This document shows positions 7,439 through 15,783 of a DNA stretch of 31,552 bases, piece after piece; the stretch's first letter is position 1, and every line of letters begins with the position of its first letter. A program made the translations under genes and the position numbers. The DNA comes from an uncultured bacterium. Lineage in GTDB: Bacteria > Abyssobacteria > SURF-5. The stretch is from the NCBI GenBank assembly GCA_964510165.1, contig CAZEBC010000016.1:1-31552 (forward strand). Reading direction: 5' to 3'. A model generated the notes under the pieces. The model did no database searches. It saw only the letters and a list, made by a program, of their open reading frames with translations, and was not told where the DNA came from.

Positions 7439-8633
7439 AGAGCGAGTGTTTGATTTTCCTTTCGATTCTCCTCAGTCGGTGCTCGAAGCGTTCGAGGTAT
7501 CCGGCGGAGTCTGTTCCCGAGATTTCCGCCCTTATCTCGAGCATCGAGATGGCGCGGCGGCAGACCTCGCGGGCGGAATGCAAATCGCGCTCGCGATGCT
7601 CGTAGAATTTCGCGAGTTCCTCGAGTTCGAAGAGCGCGCCGGCGCCGCTTTTCTTCGAGGTCTGCTCCCAGATCTCGACGGCATGGTCCCATGAGCCGGC
7701 CCTCTTGTGCACGAGCGAGAGAGACCTCGCGCACCGCCGCTTGAGTTCATCGGGCAGGCCGGCCGCGATCGCGCGCTCGAAACAGGCGGCGGCATCATGC
7801 ATCCTTCGGTGCTGCTCGAACAGCGTGCCGAGCCCGAACCACTCGGGGCCGTGAATCAGCGGCGCTGCATGCGGATTCTCGATGGCCGCGAGGACCAGGC
7901 GAGTCAGGCACGCGAGCGAGAGCAGGTCGAGCTTGTTGTGCTCAAGGATCGGATCGAGCAGTGCCCGTTCACCGGACCGCAAGTAGCGGAAGTAGGTGTC
8001 GGGTATCATCCAGCCGTCTATGTCGCCGACGCGTACGTGGCCGACGGCGTGAGCCTCGAGCGACTTGAGCGAGCAGTCGCCCACTCGATGTTTCCACAAT
8101 CGCCGCGCTGGATGCAGCAGATCAAGATGGGCCCTGGAGTTGAGCGTGCCGCGCATTCCATTGAGCAGGAGACGCCCCTCGAGTATCGGGATATCGAATG
8201 CGCGCCCGTTGTAACTGGCGATGACCTCGAAACCGTCAAGCATTTCGCACACTTGCCGGAGCATCTCATGCTCGGCGGGAAAATCGCGCATAAGGAACTG
8301 TTCGACAACGAAGCCGTCTGCCGCGACATAACCTATTCCAACCAGGAAGGCGCACACGCCGATGCCGCCCGAGAGGCCGGTGGTCTCGGTGTCGAGAAAG
8401 GCTATCTTCCGGAAGTCGAGCGAGCGGACATCGCAGCGCAATAGGCTCAAGGCATTCTCGAAACAGCCGCACAGCGAACTGACGCCGATTGAGCCGTGCG
8501 TGTGATGGGAGGGGAAGATGTGCCGCGAGCGTTCCAGATGCGCGCTTGAATTCGTCGGACACTTCTTGGGTTGAAGGACCGACTGGAAGGTGTGAGGCGA
8601 CGCATACCTGTCGAGCTTATCTCGCTGATTCAT
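7437..8633 (-). CDS. mrfB: YprB/MrfB-like DEDD exonuclease (RNase_H_2) with C-terminal TPR
   Basis: FLDTETTG, YNGRAFD, HLDLLHPARRLW, HNKLDL, then helical TPR-like region with ELAKFYEH. ATG 8633 overlaps the helicase stop (ATGA). Confidence 0.88.
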   Translation of the reverse strand: MNQRDKLDRYASPHTFQSVLQPKKCPTNSSAHLERSRHIFPSHHTHGSIGVSSLCGCFENALSLLRCDVRSLDFRKIAFLDTETTGLSGGIGVCAFLVGIGYVAADGFVVEQFLMRDFPAEHEMLRQVCEMLDGFEVIASYNGRAFDIPILEGRLLLNGMRGTLNSRAHLDLLHPARRLWKHRVGDCSLKSLEAHAVGHVRVGDIDGWMIPDTYFRYLRSGERALLDPILEHNKLDLLSLACLTRLVLAAIENPHAAPLIHGPEWFGLGTLFEQHRRMHDAAACFERAIAAGLPDELKRRCARSLSLVHKRAGSWDHAVEIWEQTSKKSGAGALFELEELAKFYEHRERDLHSAREVCRRAISMLEIRAEISGTDSAGYLERFEHRLRRIERKIKHSL

Positions 8634-10906
8634 GCTGTCGCTCCCGCCATTGCGATCTGGATAAGCGCGAGCGCGTTCCGCTTGCCGTTTTCGCCGACTT
8701 CGAGTGACGGCCCGACGCATGACGGGCAGCCGCTCTCGCAGCCGCACTGAGAGATCAATTCGCGCGCGACCTCCAGAAGGTCCTCGTGCAACCGGAAAAT
8801 TTTTCGGCTGAAGCCGACGCCGCCCGGATAGTTGTCGTAGATGTAAATGGTGGGTCGCTGGTTGAATGGGGCGCGCACCATGCTGACGGACCGGATATCG
8901 TTCGGGTCGCACATGATATAGATAGGCGCGACATTGACGAGCACGTTCGACAGCGCCTTGAGTCCGCCGCCGAGGTCGGCCTCGCTGATGCCCGCGCTTT
9001 CGATCAGGTCGGGCCGGAAATCCATCCAGTACGACGTGGTGTGCATCTCCTGCTCGGGCAGGTGGATGCGTCCGCTGCCGATGTTCTCGTGAGTGTGGAA
9101 CTTTATCTTTTTGTACATGACGGGGAGCGTGGTGACGCTGACCTCGCCGTGGGCTTTTGTGCCGTGGGACAGGTCGGCGCACGCTTCGACGTCGAGCACC
9201 TTGATGTCGGTCTTGGACTCGGCGTCGGTGTAGTAGTCAACGTCGACCTCGCGCCCGTACGCCTTCTGATTCTCGAAATCGAACCTCTCAATCGTGTATT
9301 GACGGCTCTCGTGAATGTATATCGCGCCCTCGTAGACGATGAGGGGCGCGCTGTGCAGGTCAACCTCGCCGATAACCCGCGCGTTATCCGTTACATCAAT
9401 GATGACGACGTTCTCGGGCGATGCGCTGCGGAGGCTGACCTCCTCGGCGGGATAGACGTCGGCAGTCCAGTGCCAGCGCCCGTCCACGTGCCGCAGGATA
9501 TGGTGTTCCTCGAGGTATTTGAGGATTTCCTCGATCGAGTCGACCCCGAACGATTCGCCGTCGCGGAACGGCAGTTCGAACGCGGCGCATTTGATGTGGC
9601 TCATCAGGATTATGAGGTTGTTCGGGTCCACGATGCCGTTCTCGGGCGGCTGTGCGAAGAAGTAATCGGGATGGTTGATGAGGAACTGGTCGATGGGTGC
9701 GCTGCTCGCGACGAGCAGCGCCGCCGAGACCTTGTTGCGCCTGCCCGCCCGGCCCGCCTGCTGCCATGCGCTCGCGATAGTTCCCGGATAGCCGGCCATG
9801 ACGCTGACATCGAGTTCGCCGATGTCGATGCCGAGTTCAAGCGCGTTCGTGCTGACCACTGCCATGATGTCGCCGGAGCGAAGGCCGCGTTCGATCTCGC
9901 GCCGTTCGTTCGGCAGGTAGCCGCCCCGATAGCCGCGCACAAGCCGGTCCGATTTTCGCATCTTGCGAATCGCCTCTTTAAGGTAGGTGACGAGAATCTC
10001 AACCCTCAGGCGGCTGCGCGCGAAGACGATGGTCTGTATGTTCTTGTCGAGGAATTTCCTCGCGAGATAACTGGATTCCGAGACGACCGAGCGCCTGATT
10101 CCGAGCTGGGCGTTGACGACCGGGGGGTTGTAGAGAATGAAGTGCTTTCTACCTGAGGGCGCGCCGTTGTTGTCCACAAGGACCACCGGCTGCCCGATGA
10201 TTTTCTCGGCAAGCTCGGCGGGGTTTGCGATTGTGGCTGAGCAACATATGAATTGAGGCGAGGAACTGTAGAACTCGCACAGCCTCCTCAGGCGACGGAT
10301 CACATTGGCCACGTGACTGCCGAACACGCCACGATAATGATGCAGTTCGTCAATAACCACGTAACGCAGTTTCTCGAACAGCTTGACCCACTTCGTGTGA
10401 TGCGGCAGTATGCCCGTGTGGAGCATGTCGGGATTGGTGACCACGATGTGGCCCGAATGGCGGATGGCTTTACGGGCGGAGGAGGGCGTATCGCCGTCAT
10501 AGGTGTACGTGCGGATTTCCTCGCCCAGCGTGTCCACGAGCGCGTGCAGTTCGGCGACCTGGTCCTGTGAGAGCGCCTTGGTGGGGAACAGGTAGAGCGC
10601 CCGGGCATCATTGTCGCTGAGAAGCGTGTTGAGCACCGGCAGGTTGTAACAGAGGGTCTTGCCGGAGGCTGTCGGCGTGACAATGACGATGCTTTCGCCC
10701 GCATTCAGCCTTTCGAGCGAAGCCCGCTGGTGGGAGTAAAGCTTCTCAATTCCGCGCTTTTCAAGCGCCTGCCGGAGCCGGGGATGGACCCATTCAGGGA
10801 ATTCCTCGAGTAAGGCCTCGCGCGGCGGTATCTCGCGCCACTCGCTCACGCACTGCATGAAATTGCGGGAACTTCTGACGCTGTCAAGGACTTGGTCGAG
10901 GTTCAC
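8630..10906 (-). CDS. mrfA: DEAH-box helicase with DUF1998 (YprA/MrfA/Hrq1 family)
   Basis: PTASGKT, PTKAL, TNPDMLH, DELH, SAT, TNALELGIDIG, QQAGRAGR, C-terminal YDNYPGGVG and CGCESGCPSC. GTG 10906 follows GGGAGG. Confidence 0.93.
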   Translation of the reverse strand: MNLDQVLDSVRSSRNFMQCVSEWREIPPREALLEEFPEWVHPRLRQALEKRGIEKLYSHQRASLERLNAGESIVIVTPTASGKTLCYNLPVLNTLLSDNDARALYLFPTKALSQDQVAELHALVDTLGEEIRTYTYDGDTPSSARKAIRHSGHIVVTNPDMLHTGILPHHTKWVKLFEKLRYVVIDELHHYRGVFGSHVANVIRRLRRLCEFYSSSPQFICCSATIANPAELAEKIIGQPVVLVDNNGAPSGRKHFILYNPPVVNAQLGIRRSVVSESSYLARKFLDKNIQTIVFARSRLRVEILVTYLKEAIRKMRKSDRLVRGYRGGYLPNERREIERGLRSGDIMAVVSTNALELGIDIGELDVSVMAGYPGTIASAWQQAGRAGRRNKVSAALLVASSAPIDQFLINHPDYFFAQPPENGIVDPNNLIILMSHIKCAAFELPFRDGESFGVDSIEEILKYLEEHHILRHVDGRWHWTADVYPAEEVSLRSASPENVVIIDVTDNARVIGEVDLHSAPLIVYEGAIYIHESRQYTIERFDFENQKAYGREVDVDYYTDAESKTDIKVLDVEACADLSHGTKAHGEVSVTTLPVMYKKIKFHTHENIGSGRIHLPEQEMHTTSYWMDFRPDLIESAGISEADLGGGLKALSNVLVNVAPIYIMCDPNDIRSVSMVRAPFNQRPTIYIYDNYPGGVGFSRKIFRLHEDLLEVARELISQCGCESGCPSCVGPSLEVGENGKRNALALIQIAMAGATA

Positions 10907-10978
10907 CCGGTCGGCCTCCCAACGAAACAACACGCCTATATATGGTATCTGCGTTTCGGGTTCATACTTTGTATATTG

Positions 10979-11007
10979 ATTGTACCCCAAGGAATGAAAA
11001 GCGTCAA
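10979..11007 (-). promoter_or_regulatory. sigma70-type promoter of mrfAB
   Basis: TTGACG, 17 bp, TACAAT on the minus strand. The -35 contains the TGA stop of the upstream GT9 gene. Confidence 0.75.
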
Positions 11008-12035
11008 CGGGAATCTTGGGGTGCGTTGTCTCCCAGAACAACAGCCAATATGTCCCCGATTAAGTGGGTCATTTGTTGAACCGATATTGCCTCCAGGCAG
11101 ATTTGTCTCTCGCAACGGGTCATGATCTCGCGGTTGCATGGGGCGCAGTGGGCGACCCCGGCGACCACTCTCACCTTCAAACCGGATGGCGCCCAGACGA
11201 CGGGGTCGGTCGGCCCGAATATGGCGAGCGTTGGAATTCCTGTTAGCGCTGCCAGATGCGTCACGCCCGAGTCGTTGCCGATGTATGCGTCACACAGAGA
11301 CAGCACGGCGGCGAGCGAGCGGAGCGGCAGGTTTTCGGCGATTACGCAGCCGAGTTTCGCGGCAAGCGGCTTGAATCTGGTGGCGAGATGTTCGTCCGCC
11401 GGGCCAAGCATCAAGAGGACCTCGCACCCAAGATCGTCTTTCAGTGCGTGGATCAGGGTCTCAAACCTCTCTGCGGGCCAGCATTTTTTCCAGCTTCCGC
11501 TCCCCGGATGAGCTCCAACTATCGGGCGACCGCTCCGCCGGACGCTTCGCAGGAAATTTTGGGCCTGCCGGATTCCCTGGTCATCGAAGTTGAATAGCGG
11601 CCCGGAACTTGTCGCGACTGGGTTGTCCACGAGCGGAGCGATGGTTTCCATGAGATAGTGGCCGACATGAACCCGTCGGCCCGCGGGCGGGAATGGCGGG
11701 CGCACAAGGCAATTCTGAATTCCCATGCGCTCCAGATTGTGCTCGAGTGTTCTGGAAGGATCGGAAACATATGCAATCACTGTATCGAACGACGAGAAGA
11801 ATTCCACCTCGCGTCGAGGCAAGTTATCCGAACACTCAAAGAAAGGAACGAGCGACGCCCGGTCGGCCGATGATATCGCCTGCGCGATGCCCGGGCATGC
11901 AAGACTCAGGATTTCCGTTCGCCCAAGCAATTCAAGGTGCGAGCGCGGAATAAATTTCCTCATTACGGCCAGGGCGGGCAGGAGCAGGAGAAAATCGCCG
12001 AGCGAACCGCGATGGATTACGAGAATGCGCTTCAT
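11004..12035 (-). CDS. glycosyltransferase family 9 (ADP-heptose:LPS heptosyltransferase-like)
   Basis: RILVIHRGSLGD, HPGSG..KKCWP, GNDSGVTHLAA, AIFGPTDP, CAPC...C...C. Confidence 0.92.
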   Translation of the reverse strand: MKRILVIHRGSLGDFLLLLPALAVMRKFIPRSHLELLGRTEILSLACPGIAQAISSADRASLVPFFECSDNLPRREVEFFSSFDTVIAYVSDPSRTLEHNLERMGIQNCLVRPPFPPAGRRVHVGHYLMETIAPLVDNPVATSSGPLFNFDDQGIRQAQNFLRSVRRSGRPIVGAHPGSGSWKKCWPAERFETLIHALKDDLGCEVLLMLGPADEHLATRFKPLAAKLGCVIAENLPLRSLAAVLSLCDAYIGNDSGVTHLAALTGIPTLAIFGPTDPVVWAPSGLKVRVVAGVAHCAPCNREIMTRCERQICLEAISVQQMTHLIGDILAVVLGDNAPQDSR

Positions 12036-12054
12036 AAAGCCAAACGCGAACGGC

Positions 12055-12987
12055 TCAATACGCCTTTATGACCTTGCCGGAGTGGCTGTCGAGCCGGAAG
12101 AGCGGCGTGCTAAGATATTTCTCGCCCCGGTCAGGGATTATGCAGACGACGTTTCCGCGAGGCAGCCTTTCGGTTATCTGGACGGCGGCGTAGAAAGCCG
12201 CGCCCGCGCTCATGCCTGCAAAAATGCCCTCCTCGCGCGAAAGCATTCGGCTGTATTCGTGGCAGATGTGGTCGTCGACGGTCACTTTCTCATCCCAGCC
12301 GTTTTCGTGATAGATGCCGGGCACGATCGCCTCTTTCATGTTCTTAAGACCCTGGATCTTATGTCCGAGCACCGGTTCGACGGCGACTATCTTGATGTCG
12401 GGCTTCAGCTCGTGCAGCCGTTTACCTGCGCCCATGACGGTCCCGGACGTGCCGAGGCCGGCGACGAAAACGTCAATGTTGCCGTCGAGGTCCTCCCATA
12501 TCTCCTCTGCGGTCGTTCGGTAATGGATTTCAGGGTTTGCGGCATTATTGAACTGGTCGGGCTGCCAGTATTTTTCGGGGTGTTCTTTCAGAAGTTCGCG
12601 CGCCTTCAGAATGGCGCCGTCGGTGCCCTTCGTCGGGTCGGTCAGGATGAGCGTTGTCCCGAGCGCCAGCAGCATGTTCTTGCGCTCTTCGCTCATACCG
12701 GCGGACATTGTGACGTGGAGCTCGTACCCCTTCACAAGCGCGACGATGGCAAGCCCGATACCGGTGTTGCCGCTCGTGGGCTCCAGGATTATCTTGTCTC
12801 TGGTCAGGACGCCCGACCGTTCGGCGGCTTCCACCATGCTCAGCGCTATGCGGTCCTTCACCGAGCCGCCGGGGTTTTGCCCCTCCAGCTTGACGTAAAG
12901 CGCGGCGTTCTTGTTCTTGACCGCGCGATTAATTCTCACCAGGGGCGTACGCCCGATGCATTCCAAGATGTTCCGATAAACGCGCAT
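12055..12987 (-). CDS. cysteine synthase (CysK/CysM family, PLP-dependent)
   Basis: IGRTPLV, KLEGQNPGGSVKDR (PLP Lys), EPTSGNTG, QFNNAAN, GLGTSGT, PDRGEKYLST. ATG 12987 follows GGAG. Confidence 0.93.
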   Translation of the reverse strand: MRVYRNILECIGRTPLVRINRAVKNKNAALYVKLEGQNPGGSVKDRIALSMVEAAERSGVLTRDKIILEPTSGNTGIGLAIVALVKGYELHVTMSAGMSEERKNMLLALGTTLILTDPTKGTDGAILKARELLKEHPEKYWQPDQFNNAANPEIHYRTTAEEIWEDLDGNIDVFVAGLGTSGTVMGAGKRLHELKPDIKIVAVEPVLGHKIQGLKNMKEAIVPGIYHENGWDEKVTVDDHICHEYSRMLSREEGIFAGMSAGAAFYAAVQITERLPRGNVVCIIPDRGEKYLSTPLFRLDSHSGKVIKAY

Positions 12988-13039
12988 CAAATTACTCCGC
13001 TTCAATAAGGTGTTGAAACTACCGGAAAGCTGAGGTCGT

Positions 13040-13048
13040 ATTATAGCA
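13040..13048 (-). promoter_or_regulatory. extended -10 promoter upstream of cysteine synthase
   Basis: Minus strand TG-C-TATAAT about 50 nt upstream of the ATG; no clear -35. Confidence 0.5.
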
Positions 13049-13077
13049 CGAAGACAGGCCATTTCTGAAAACCGGAG

Positions 13078-13653
13078 CTAATCCCCGAGCCCGGTAAATT
13101 TAAGGAAATCACGTTCGGTTCCGCGCTTGGCCTGGCGGTTCCACTTGCGGACCAACGCAAAATAGTCCGCATCCTGTTGCAGGCTGAGGCGGTGGATTTT
13201 CTTGATCTCTCGCTTGGAGGTCTTGCCGTCCATGGTATGCAGGCACTCGCAGGGAAGATTCAGTTCGACAACCTCAATCCTGCGTTCGCTATCGTCGAGC
13301 GTCAGATCGAAGGGATGCTCGCGGCACACGATCGGCCGATGTGCGTAGACGGTGCACCTCTTCCTGCGGAGGAAGAAGCAACGGTCCCCCGATTCGCGAA
13401 GGCACATCACCCTTCGGTCGCCGCGTCCCAGTCTGGTCCACGCCACAGGACCGGGACTCGACTCGAAATCGGACGGCGTGAAAAACTGAACGATTTCGCG
13501 GGCAGGCCTTCCTGTGGCGTCCATCAATCTTCGGACGTCGGCGTCAGTGACCGGCACATGCAGCCGACAGCAGTTTGCGCATTGGCTGCACCTGAACTTG
13601 AGGAGGTGTTCTCCCGTAATGTTATTGTTTGTCTTGCGTCGCGGCGAAGGCAT
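13078..13653 (-). CDS. YkgJ-family (CxxCxxCC) cysteine-cluster protein
   Basis: FRCSQCANCC...CFFL...CTVYAHRPIVCREHPF. Start codon uncertain. Confidence 0.82.
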   Translation of the reverse strand: MPSPRRKTNNNITGEHLLKFRCSQCANCCRLHVPVTDADVRRLMDATGRPAREIVQFFTPSDFESSPGPVAWTRLGRGDRRVMCLRESGDRCFFLRRKRCTVYAHRPIVCREHPFDLTLDDSERRIEVVELNLPCECLHTMDGKTSKREIKKIHRLSLQQDADYFALVRKWNRQAKRGTERDFLKFTGLGD

Positions 13654-13770
13654 AGTCGAATTCAGAGTGTGTCTCCCAAAATCTAACGGGCGACGCATCA
13701 CGCCGCCCGCATTGTGCACGTATGGTTGTCAAAAATATAACGCCGCTTTCAGTTAAAAGCAACAGCCGAC

Positions 13771-13794
13771 GGGCACAGCCCGCTGCGCCCCTAC
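13771..13794 (-). repeat. GTAG-type REP-like palindrome
   Basis: Minus strand GTAGGGGCGCAGCGGGCTGTGCCC, just downstream of the lsrF stop; related copies at 27229, 28455, 28573, 30659. Confidence 0.7.
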
Positions 13795-13801
13795 ATTCAG
13801 C

Positions 13802-14602
13802 CTATGCTATCGTGGGTTGCTTCTTGCTCTTGGAGTCTTCGTATATTTGATACGCCTCATCGACCGACGCCTTCTTGTGGACGACGGCGCGAACCGCCTT
13901 GATCATGCCCACGGGAGAATCGGACTGGAAGATGTTCCGGCCCATGTCCACACCGGAGGCCCCGCGAGCCACGGCATCGTGCGCCATCTGCAATGCGTCG
14001 CGCTCGGGCAGTTTCTTTCCCCCGGCGATCACGAGCGGGACCGGGCAACCCTCGACGACTTTCTCGAAGTCCTCGCAATAATAGGTCTTGACGAAATGCG
14101 CGCCAAGTTCGGCGGCGATTCGGCAGGCCAGCCCGAGGTAGCGCGCGTCGCGGGCCATTTCGCGGCCGACAGCGGTCACGGCAAGCACGGGGATTCCGTA
14201 CTTGTTGCCCTCGTTCACGAGTTCGCCGAGCGCGAGAAGGGTCTGCCGCTCATACTCGCCTCCGACAAAGATGGAGAGCGTAATGGCGGACACGTTGAGT
14301 CTGATGGCCTCCTCAACAGAGGTCATGATGCCCTCATTCGAAAGTTCCTTCAGAATGCTCGTGCCGCCAGAGACCCTGAGCACGATGGGGATGTCGGTGT
14401 TGGGATCAATGCAGCTTCGGAGCACGCCGCGCGTCAGCATCAATGAGTCGGCATACGGGATGAGCGGCTTGATGGTCTTGCCCGGCTGCTGGAGTCCGGT
14501 GGTCGGCCCCTGGAAATAACCGTGGTCAACGGCCAGCATGACCGTGCGGCCCGTTTTCGGATTGATTATTCTTGAGAGCCGGTTTTGCAGTCCCCAGTCC
14601 AT
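13802..14602 (-). CDS. lsrF: LsrF-like class I aldolase/thiolase (DhnA family)
   Basis: MDWGLQNRLSRI, AVDHGYFQGPTTGL, AAELGAHFVKTYY (Schiff-base Lys), AGGKK, GVDMGRNIFQ. GGAGG RBS. Confidence 0.9.
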   Translation of the reverse strand: MDWGLQNRLSRIINPKTGRTVMLAVDHGYFQGPTTGLQQPGKTIKPLIPYADSLMLTRGVLRSCIDPNTDIPIVLRVSGGTSILKELSNEGIMTSVEEAIRLNVSAITLSIFVGGEYERQTLLALGELVNEGNKYGIPVLAVTAVGREMARDARYLGLACRIAAELGAHFVKTYYCEDFEKVVEGCPVPLVIAGGKKLPERDALQMAHDAVARGASGVDMGRNIFQSDSPVGMIKAVRAVVHKKASVDEAYQIYEDSKSKKQPTIA

Positions 14603-14648
14603 TGGAATGACCTCCTTTTGCGTGTTTCGTGTTGCGGATTCCCGTTCA

Positions 14649-15677
14649 TTATCTCTGAGGCTCGATGATTACCTTAATTGATTCCTTCGCTTCAGTGACC
14701 AAACGGAAGCCCAATCCAGTCTCCTTCAGGCTCAACCGATGGGTGACCATGTCGCGCACTTTCAGGTTGCCGGCACGAATCAGTTCCATTGCCGTCATGT
14801 GGTCCGCCGGGCTGCCGGCATATGAAGACGTAAGCGTCACTCCGTCGCGGAAAAACAACTGCGTCACATCAATCGGAATCATGATGCCCGGCTCGGTCGG
14901 CGCAAACAGGAGCACGGTCCCGCCCCGGTCCACCGACTGCAACGCCTGGTTTATGGCGCTCACCGCGCCGGTGCAGACAATGACGAGGTCTGCAAGGTGA
15001 CCGTCATTGAGTTCGCGCACGCGCGCCGGAACGTCCTCTTCCGCGCGGATAACGGCGTTGGCGCCGAGCTTGAGCGCCGCATCGAGCCGGTAGCGCATGA
15101 TGTCGGTCGCGATGATGCGGGCGGCTCCCGATGCGCGCGCCAGCATCACATGGAGCAATCCCGTCATGCCGCTTCCCACCACCAGCACATTCTGGCCGGG
15201 CTGAAGCCTTGCCGCGCGCTGCGCCCTGAGCACGCATGCAAGCGGCTCAATGAACGTGCCGTCCTCGTACGACAGTTCTTCGGGAAGAGGATACACGCCC
15301 CGGTCCACGTTAATGGCGGGCAATCGTACATATTCGGCGAAGCCGCCGGGGTAGAAGGCGGTGGTGCGCAGCGTGTCGCATACGGTATGCCGTCCCGTCA
15401 GGCAGTATCGGCATGTATTGCACGGCACATGATGCGAGGCCGAGATGCGGTCGCCGACCTTGTAGCGGGTCACGCCGTTGCCGACCTCGACCACCTGCCC
15501 GCCGATCTCGTGGCCAAGCACGAGAGGAGCTTTCTTGATGCGATACCATTCCATGACGTCGCTTCCGCATATGCCGCTCGCCTCGATACGGACCAGAATC
15601 TCGCCCGGCCCGATCTTCGGGGTCGGCATCTCCTGCACGCGGACATCGTGGTTGTTGTAGTACATTGCGACGCGCAT
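14649..15677 (-). CDS. zinc-dependent medium-chain dehydrogenase (sorbitol/iditol/threonine DH-like)
   Basis: GICGSD, LGHEIGG, CNTCRYC..C structural Zn site, EPLAC, GSGMTG Rossmann motif. Confidence 0.92.
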   Translation of the reverse strand: MRVAMYYNNHDVRVQEMPTPKIGPGEILVRIEASGICGSDVMEWYRIKKAPLVLGHEIGGQVVEVGNGVTRYKVGDRISASHHVPCNTCRYCLTGRHTVCDTLRTTAFYPGGFAEYVRLPAINVDRGVYPLPEELSYEDGTFIEPLACVLRAQRAARLQPGQNVLVVGSGMTGLLHVMLARASGAARIIATDIMRYRLDAALKLGANAVIRAEEDVPARVRELNDGHLADLVIVCTGAVSAINQALQSVDRGGTVLLFAPTEPGIMIPIDVTQLFFRDGVTLTSSYAGSPADHMTAMELIRAGNLKVRDMVTHRLSLKETGLGFRLVTEAKESIKVIIEPQR

Positions 15678-15683
15678 GGGTCA

Positions 15684-15712
15684 ATGATATCGAGACATGA
15701 CGGCTTTGTCAA
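15684..15712 (-). promoter_or_regulatory. sigma70 promoter, apparently leaderless, for dehydrogenase-lsrF
   Basis: TTGACA, 17 bp, TATCAT, then 6 nt to the ATG; no Shine-Dalgarno. Confidence 0.72.
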
Positions 15713-15728
15713 CCGCGAGATTTGGGAC

Positions 15729-15775
15729 GTTAAATTGGGGACACCCCGCGCGAGAAACTGTGTCCCTAATTTAAC
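15729..15775. repeat. inverted repeat, GGGGACAC family (copy 2); possible terminator of the M20 gene
   Basis: GTTAAATTGGGGACAC (15729-15744) / GTGTCCCTAATTTAAC (15760-15775), one mismatch. Confidence 0.7.
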
Positions 15776-15783
15776 AGAACGCC

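Noticed and set aside
8634-9182. N-terminal extension of the 581-aa ORF 7437..9182
   Set aside because: Out-of-frame overlap with the helicase C-terminus, Arg/Pro-rich; ATG 8633 gives standard ATGA coupling.
8786-10156. 456-aa plus-strand ORF
   Set aside because: Antisense shadow of the helicase, expected in high-GC DNA; no motifs.
2606-12987. MoaD-like protein acting as CysO carrier for the cysteine synthase
   Set aside because: Genes are about 9 kb apart in different operons; the AOR context explains MoaD better.
11725-13008. 427-aa plus-strand ORF
   Set aside because: Antisense to cysteine synthase and GT9; no recognisable domain.
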